This document shows positions 29,836 through 32,000 of a stretch of 32,000 bases of DNA, piece by piece. Positions within the stretch are counted from its first letter, which is position 1, and every line of letters begins with the position of its first letter. The notes under the pieces are model-generated. The model worked only from the letters and a program-made list of their open reading frames with translations. It ran no database searches and was not told the DNA's origin. The translations under genes were made by a program, and so were the position numbers. The DNA comes from an uncultured archaeon (GTDB taxonomy: Archaea; Asgardarchaeota; Thorarchaeia; Thorarchaeales; Thorarchaeaceae): positions 179,754 through 211,753 of the forward strand of contig CAYHAA010000003.1 in assembly GCA_964354495.1 (NCBI GenBank), written 5' to 3'.

Positions 29836-31026
29836 CTACTTGACTCTCCTTGCGAATTCTCTTCCAAATTCATACGCATTCTTGAGCTCCTCGTCAGTGG
29901 GAACCCACTTGACTGTGAACGGTTCCATCACAACCTCCATCTTTCCGCGTACCATTGCTTCTTGAATCTTCTTGACTGCTCCGCCGCCCCAACCATAGGA
30001 CCCAAATGCTGCAGCCTTCTTTCCCTTTGGTTTCAGAACCTCAAAGTCAGAGAGAATCGGTGCCACAGTGGGCAAGATATCATTATGGAGCGTTGCACTT
30101 CCGACAAGCACCCCCTTTGCCTCTAGCAGCTCAGCCATGATGTCGCTCCTATCGCTGTGAGGTATGAGCCGCAGGAGGGGTATCATACCCTCGCTGTCTA
30201 TTCCCTCAGCAATAGCACGAGCCAGTTTTGTCGTGCTCTGCCACATCGTATCCCACGTGATCACTATCTTGTCAGATGTTCTCTCGCCTTTTGCCCATGC
30301 GAGGTATCGTGTCACAATCTCAAGGGGATTCTTTCTCCAGATCAGGCCATGAGAGGGAGCAATCACCTTGATGGGGAGTCCAAGCTTGATTACCTCCTCA
30401 ATCTTCCTCTGTACCATGGAACTCAGTGGCCATAGGATGTTCGCATAGTACTTCTCAGTCTCTTTCCAGAGAGTGGTCTGGTCCACTTCGTCAGCGAATC
30501 GCTTCTCAGTGGCATAGTGCTGCCCGAACGCATCATTGGGCATGAGTAGCTGTTCCTCTACATAGTATGTGAACATGGACTCAGGCCAGTGCAACATGGG
30601 AGCCTCATAGAACCTCAGGGTCTTCCCTCCCAAGTCAATCTCATCACCAGTCTTGACTGTCTGAATGTCCCATCCGTCGGGGTAGTGTTTCTTGAGCTCA
30701 TCAACAGCCTTTGCAGTACAGACAAGCTTGGCATTCTTCATGACCTTCAGCACATCAGGAACAGCACCGGAGTGGTCCATCTCTGTGTGGTTCGAGATCA
30801 TGTAGTCAATCTTCTCAGGCCCTACTATCTCAGAGATCCTTGAAAACATCTCTTCTGAGAACGAACCAAGGACTCCGTCAATGAGAGCTATCTTCTTTCC
30901 TATCACTAGGTATGCATTGTATGTAGTGCCATGATGTGTGGTGTAGCTGTATCCGTGAAAGTTACGAACATTATAGTCAATTGCACCGACCCAGTAGACA
31001 CCTTTTACGACTTCAATTGCCTTCAT
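29836..31026 (-). CDS. fprA: FprA-type flavodiiron protein (O2/NO reductase)
   Basis: GTTYNAYL, SNHTEMDHSG, APMLHWPESM, NDAFGQH, PSHG, flavodoxin domain ending AFGSYGWGGGA. Confidence 0.93.
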   Translation of the reverse strand: MKAIEVVKGVYWVGAIDYNVRNFHGYSYTTHHGTTYNAYLVIGKKIALIDGVLGSFSEEMFSRISEIVGPEKIDYMISNHTEMDHSGAVPDVLKVMKNAKLVCTAKAVDELKKHYPDGWDIQTVKTGDEIDLGGKTLRFYEAPMLHWPESMFTYYVEEQLLMPNDAFGQHYATEKRFADEVDQTTLWKETEKYYANILWPLSSMVQRKIEEVIKLGLPIKVIAPSHGLIWRKNPLEIVTRYLAWAKGERTSDKIVITWDTMWQSTTKLARAIAEGIDSEGMIPLLRLIPHSDRSDIMAELLEAKGVLVGSATLHNDILPTVAPILSDFEVLKPKGKKAAAFGSYGWGGGAVKKIQEAMVRGKMEVVMEPFTVKWVPTDEELKNAYEFGREFARRVK

Positions 31027-31242
31027 GGTTTTAATCCTCTATTTGTTAACAATAGTGCATTTGTATTTAAGTTGAATGGTTTCCAAATGGTAAGTGACAG
31101 AGACGCCCACTCAGATGACTCAAGAGAATCGCTAGGCAGGAATCGATTGGAGCGGCTACGATTGCTTTCATTCTTCCGGGGCTACTAGAGTCTTTAGGGC
31201 CAACTTCAAGCGTGAGTTTTACAGGTCACTGATGGTCAATTG

Positions 31243-32000
31243 CTACATGCTGGTAAATACACCGAAGACAATCAGGCAGTCGCCTGCAGCATGAAATAGG
31301 ACCGCACCCCAGATGCTGCTGGTCTTTTGCGTCAGATAACCCCAAGTGAGTGAGAGAGGAAAAGCTATCAGGAGAAGAAATGGAATCAGATCCGTTGTAT
31401 AGGTGACCTGTGCGTGAATGAGAGTGAATACTATTGCAGTCAGAAGATTGGATAGATTCGCACCTAGAAAGGATTCGAACCGTCTCAGAAGCAGACCTCT
31501 AAAGAGCAATTCCTCCATGAATCCGTTCGAGAGCACGAATAGCAGAATCCATGGGGATAACGAAAGTAGTCTGTCCACTATGCCTACCTGATTTGCTAAG
31601 GGAATGTATGCAATCATCGGAAAGACGATGAAGGCAATGGCACCAATTGCAAGGCCGATGCCAATCCGACCTCGATTGAGGTACATGGACCCTCGGTCCG
31701 CTCCAATGAGCACCATCAGTATCAGAAGAGGAATGACTCGTAGGGTTGCTTCAGAGAACTTGGCGACGGCTATTCCAGATGGAGTTGCAAGAGAGAAACC
31801 AAGAAGATCTACTAAGAATCCACTGAAAAGGGCACTCAGAAGAACTACAGTCCCAGCCGCAAAGAAGGCATAGAACACCTGAAAGTACTCTCTGCCTCTC
31901 TTACTTATTCGTAACAAGACGCCAGCGGCCAAGAGCGCTGCTACGATGCAGACATGAACGATTAGCAGTATTGTGATTGAAACAATCGACGATAGTGGGA
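31243..32000 (-). CDS. CPBP (Abi/CAAX-like) intramembrane glutamic endopeptidase; 5' end beyond the window
   Basis: EELLFRG, FTLIH, HAAGD motifs; the frame stays open from the track start at 31932 to the window edge. Confidence 0.9.
   Translation of the reverse strand, partial: PLSSIVSITILLIVHVCIVAALLAAGVLLRISKRGREYFQVFYAFFAAGTVVLLSALFSGFLVDLLGFSLATPSGIAVAKFSEATLRVIPLLILMVLIGADRGSMYLNRGRIGIGLAIGAIAFIVFPMIAYIPLANQVGIVDRLLSLSPWILLFVLSNGFMEELLFRGLLLRRFESFLGANLSNLLTAIVFTLIHAQVTYTTDLIPFLLLIAFPLSLTWGYLTQKTSSIWGAVLFHAAGDCLIVFGVFTSM

Overview
Archaeal chromosome segment. An Asgard, Thorarchaeia-like origin is my inference from the unsplit Rpo2, the ribosomal/EF-1alpha sequences and the accessory genes. 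It holds the RNA polymerase-ribosomal cluster on the minus strand (rpoB, rpoA1, rpoA2, rpl30e, nusA, rps12, rps7, then tuf), three intron-containing tRNAs (Ser-GCT, Lys-TTT, Asp-GTC) and ordinary metabolic and membrane genes. Two things stand out at rpoA1 (Rpo1N). (1) The gene really starts at 12410, not 12236, and is broken after codon 45 by a 30-nt insert with two in-frame stops. The insert folds into a bulge-helix-bulge (BHB), and the standard EndA cut positions remove exactly those 30 nt and restore the frame (..GYPID|SGIMDPKLG..). This is a candidate tRNA-type intron in the mRNA of an essential RNAP subunit. (2) An AT-rich island of about 8.4 kb sits in the first 40 codons of rpoA1. It leaves a dead 5' copy next to rpoB and supplies a synonymously recoded replacement 5' end, with a dyad-symmetric 14-bp shared core but no visible integrase. 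Also found, and absent from the ORF track: a 130-bp MITE with TIRs and a 9-bp target duplication, two tandem paralogous micropeptide genes, a two-intron tRNA-Ser, and predicted structured RNA elements near rpoB. All folding, alignments and counts were done by hand; no database searches were run.
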